NCBI GenBank assembly: GCA_965215125.1
Contig: OZ244052.1
Coordinates: 640,001-704,000 of the forward strand
Reading direction: 5' to 3'
Length of the DNA stretch: 64,000 bases
Source: an uncultured candidatus Porisulfidus sp.
Lineage (GTDB): Bacteria; Pseudomonadota; Gammaproteobacteria; Poriferisulfidales; Oxydemutatoraceae
In this document: positions 61,182 to 64,000 of the stretch, one piece after another
Layout of the letters: each line of letters starts with the position of its first letter
Position numbering within the stretch: the first letter of the stretch is position 1
Made by a program: the position numbers and the translations under genes
Notes under the pieces: model-generated
The model's input: only the letters and a program-made list of their open reading frames with translations
Database searches by the model: none
What the model was told of the DNA's origin: nothing

Positions 61182-61440
61182 TTGCTTATTAAACCAGAAC
61201 AAATTCGTGCAGTTCGTGCTTTATTAAAGTGGTGAGCTTCCGACCTTACCGAACATGCAGGGCTAAGCTTCGCTTCCACTCAAAAGGATAGAGCAAGATC
61301 ACGGCACAGACAGAGCATCTGCAAAAAATGTTGAAGCTGTGCGGAAAGAACTGAATGATGCGGGAGTAGATTTTATACCTGAAAATGGTTCTGGAATTGG
61401 GGTGAGATTAAAAAAGCAACCTCTGAAAAAGGCTTCATAA
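61182..61440 (+). pseudogene. XRE-family HTH regulator pseudogene
   Basis: AGGAGA then TTG: LIKPEQIRAVRALLKW*ASDLTEHAGLS... (in-frame TGA), then a frameshift to IEQ...AVRKELNDAGVDFIPENGSGIGVRLKK; matches the small QIRAARALL...AGVEFI.ENG.G.GVRL HTH family. Confidence 0.8.
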
Positions 61441-61457
61441 TTTGAGGAGAGAGTTAA

Positions 61458-62420
61458 ATGAGTAAATTATGGATATTGCTATTAAAGCCACAGGTATGGA
61501 TTGCAAAAGTTTTACTAGCCTTTCTTGTTTTTGGCTTCTTTTCACTTGTTTTTTTGGATTACCTCCAGCCAATTAGGACATTTTTGGACTCGGATGATCT
61601 CTCTTTCAAAATCGGAGAAGCACGCTTCTCTGCGTACCTAGTGATTAAAGCAGCGATCACTGTGATGATGCTCTTTTGGTTTGCTGTTATATTTTCTGAA
61701 TTTTGCGAAAAACGCATCAAAACCATTAAAGGCATCAAAACCAGTAATAAAATACTTATCACTAGGGCACTTCAGGTCTCTATATATTTCTTTGGATTCA
61801 TTATCGGACTTGATGTGCTGGGCATAGATTTGACAGCCCTCGCTATTTTTAGTGGTGCCGTTGGTATCGGGATTGGTCTCGGCCTGCAAAAAATCGCATC
61901 TAACTTCATTAGCGGTTTGATCTTATTATTTGAAAAATCAGTTGAGAATGATGACTTGGTAGAACTTGCCGATGGCACTTATGGCTTCATACGGCACACA
62001 AGTGCACGCTACACATTGATTGAAACCTTTGAAGGAAAAGAAATTATGATCCCCAACGAAGATTTTATCACCAGCCGTGTCACAAACTGGACATTTAGCA
62101 ACAACAAAGGACGTGTGGAAATCAACATCGGTGTTTCGTATGAATCCGATATCGAAAAAGCCATGGAACTAATCCTCGAGGCTACCAGAGAGCATCCTCG
62201 TTGTGTCAATGACCCTGAGCCTACCTGCTATTTAAGAGAGTTTGCTGATAGCTCCGTTAATTTCTTGCTCTTTTTCTGGGTTGCGGATGTCACCGAAGGG
62301 CGTTTTGAACCTCAGAGTGATGTGATGCGAAGTGTTTGGAAGAAATTCAAAGATCACGATATTGCCATCCCTTACCCACAAAGGGATCTTCATATAAAAA
62401 ATGCAAAGGCTCCTAAATGA
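61458..62420 (+). CDS. Small-conductance mechanosensitive channel family protein
   Basis: GAVGIGIGLGLQKIASNFISGLILLFE, IPNEDF, VTNWT, FADSSVNF, IPYPQRD. Confidence 0.92.
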   Translation: MSKLWILLLKPQVWIAKVLLAFLVFGFFSLVFLDYLQPIRTFLDSDDLSFKIGEARFSAYLVIKAAITVMMLFWFAVIFSEFCEKRIKTIKGIKTSNKILITRALQVSIYFFGFIIGLDVLGIDLTALAIFSGAVGIGIGLGLQKIASNFISGLILLFEKSVENDDLVELADGTYGFIRHTSARYTLIETFEGKEIMIPNEDFITSRVTNWTFSNNKGRVEINIGVSYESDIEKAMELILEATREHPRCVNDPEPTCYLREFADSSVNFLLFFWVADVTEGRFEPQSDVMRSVWKKFKDHDIAIPYPQRDLHIKNAKAPK

Positions 62421-62505
62421 ATGAACATATTTTATTAGCATATGGCTTTGACGGCAATCGTTTTAGTACAAGTGATGATCTTTAGACGAGTTTAATGGTT
62501 TTGAT

Positions 62506-63534
62506 ATGAATTCAGATAGTATTTTGCAAATAGATGGTATTTGTATCGAAGCCGGGGAGCGCAAAAAGATCAACATAAATGTTGCCCGCCTTTATGACTT
62601 TACAGAGATGAACATCCCTGTGGAAGTCATGAGAGGTCACGAAGATGGACCTCGATTATTTGTATGTGCAGCGATACATGGTGATGAAATTAATGGCACT
62701 GAAATCATAAAGCGTCTGCTAAAACACAGGGCACTTAGGAACATAAAAGGCACTCTTATTGCCGTGCCAATTGTTAATGTATTCGGTTACAATACCAAAT
62801 CGCGTTATTTGCCTGATCGACGAGATCTGAACCGTCACTTTCCGGGATCAGAGCAAGGTTCGCTTGCCGGTCAATTAGCTCATACGTTTATGACCGAAAT
62901 CATTGATCAATGCACTCACGGTGTTGATTTTCATACGGGCGCAATTCATCACTCAAACCTCCCGCAAATTCGTGCCGACTTGGATGATCCTAAAACAAAT
63001 GAGCTCGCTCATGCCTTTAACGTACCGGTGATGATTAATTCCAAACTGCCCGACGGCTCATTGCGTGAGGCTGCGAGAGAGCGCAAAATCCCAATACTTT
63101 TATTTGAAGGAGGCGAAGCACTGCGTCATGATGAACATGTCATCAAATCCGGCCTTAACGGCATCCTAACGCTCATGAATGAAATCGGCATGATTGATTT
63201 TGATAAGAGGGAAAAAGCCGAAGATGATCAACTTTTTATTGCTTTATCCAGTACATGGATTCGTGCTCCACAGAGTGGGAGTTTGAGACAAATCAAATAT
63301 ATTGGAAACAGGGTCACGAAAGGTCAGTTGCTCGGGGTTATTTCAGATCCTTTCGGTGTTAACAAGGCGGAAATCAGAGCAAGTTGTACGGGTATCATCA
63401 TTGGTGCCGTCACGATGCCATTGCTCAATAGAGGCGATGCTGTTTTTCACATAGCATCCTTTGACAATTCCAGAGAAGTAAAAGAACAGGTTGATGATTT
63501 TCTTGATGAGAATCTAGAGCCGGTAAAACCATAA
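62506..63534 (+). CDS. Succinylglutamate desuccinylase/aspartoacylase family (M14) protein
   Basis: AAIHGDEING, RYLPDRRDLNRHFPGS, DFHTG, FEGGEALR. Confidence 0.92.
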   Translation: MNSDSILQIDGICIEAGERKKININVARLYDFTEMNIPVEVMRGHEDGPRLFVCAAIHGDEINGTEIIKRLLKHRALRNIKGTLIAVPIVNVFGYNTKSRYLPDRRDLNRHFPGSEQGSLAGQLAHTFMTEIIDQCTHGVDFHTGAIHHSNLPQIRADLDDPKTNELAHAFNVPVMINSKLPDGSLREAARERKIPILLFEGGEALRHDEHVIKSGLNGILTLMNEIGMIDFDKREKAEDDQLFIALSSTWIRAPQSGSLRQIKYIGNRVTKGQLLGVISDPFGVNKAEIRASCTGIIIGAVTMPLLNRGDAVFHIASFDNSREVKEQVDDFLDENLEPVKP

Positions 63535-63548
63535 TAATGAGATAGGAT

Positions 63549-64000
63549 ATGACGAACAAAATTATAATAGGAAAGGAAGAGTGGTGCGGACTGAACGAGC
63601 TGGGACTGCCGGCGATTAAAGCACGGGTGGACTCGGGAGCTAAAACATCATCACTACACGCATTTAATATCCATCAGTTTGAGGAAGATGGGAAACGCTA
63701 TGTGCATTTTGACATCCATCCTATTCAGAATGACCGCAAAACCATTCAAAGCTGCCGTGGTTTGGTCGTTGATAAACGTGAGGTGAAAAGCTCAAGTGGC
63801 GATAAAGAGCGTCGCCCGGTGATCAAAACACCAATTACGCTCGGTAATGAAACATGGGAAATTGAAGTCACGCTCACTAACCGTGACCCAATGGGTTATC
63901 GTATGCTTATCGGGCGTGAAGCGATGACTAATCGCGTATTAATCGATCCGGATAGTTCTTTCTGTCTTGGTACGGTTTCCACCGATGAAGTGAAAAAACA
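63549..64000 (+). CDS. RimB-type (RimK-associated) retropepsin-like protease domain, probably the N-terminus of a RimK fusion; truncated at the window edge
   Basis: Read by hand: MTNKIIIGKEEWC.L.ELGLPAIKARVDSGAKTSSLHA...KSSSG..ERRPVI...TLTNRDPMGYRMLIGREAM...IDP; no stop before 64000. Confidence 0.85.
   Translation, partial: MTNKIIIGKEEWCGLNELGLPAIKARVDSGAKTSSLHAFNIHQFEEDGKRYVHFDIHPIQNDRKTIQSCRGLVVDKREVKSSSGDKERRPVIKTPITLGNETWEIEVTLTNRDPMGYRMLIGREAMTNRVLIDPDSSFCLGTVSTDEVKK

Overview
A 64-kb chromosomal segment of a Gammaproteobacterium, mostly housekeeping genes in familiar synteny: smc, queF, erpA-anmK-M23 peptidase/tyrS, grpE-dnaK-dnaJ-dapB, yceD-rpmF-plsX-fabH, udgB-uvrC-pgsA, ispH-lspA, ftsX, aspS-nudB-yebC-ruvCAB-tolQRAB-cpoB-queEC, zapD-coaE-pilD-pilC-pilA, nadE, bamD-rluD-pgeF-clpB, plsY and bioH-bioC. 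There are two tRNA genes (Arg-CCT, Ala-CGC). Accessory content: (i) an ~8-kb defence-like island (23.5-31.8 kb) with a fused restriction-methylase whose specificity gene is split by an intact IS256 with an 8-bp target duplication, plus a frameshifted AAA+/DUF4143 ATPase and orphan membrane proteins; (ii) three paralogous sulfotransferase-family genes, two of which flank a YeeE/YedE sulfur transporter; (iii) a block at the right end with an HTH pseudogene, mscS, an AstE-like deacylase and a RimB/RimK-type gene. The most striking unexplained structure is a family of interspersed palindromic repeats (core CGCCGATTGA-N9-TCAATCGGCG, at least 7 copies, some nested) that repeatedly supplies gene stop codons and C-termini. 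A second GTAG-type REP family punctuates the island. Several conserved operons lack one expected member (pal, ybgC, pilB, ftsE, bioB/F/D). No CRISPR array, integrase or prophage was seen. All calls come from motif and synteny recognition by eye; no searches were run.
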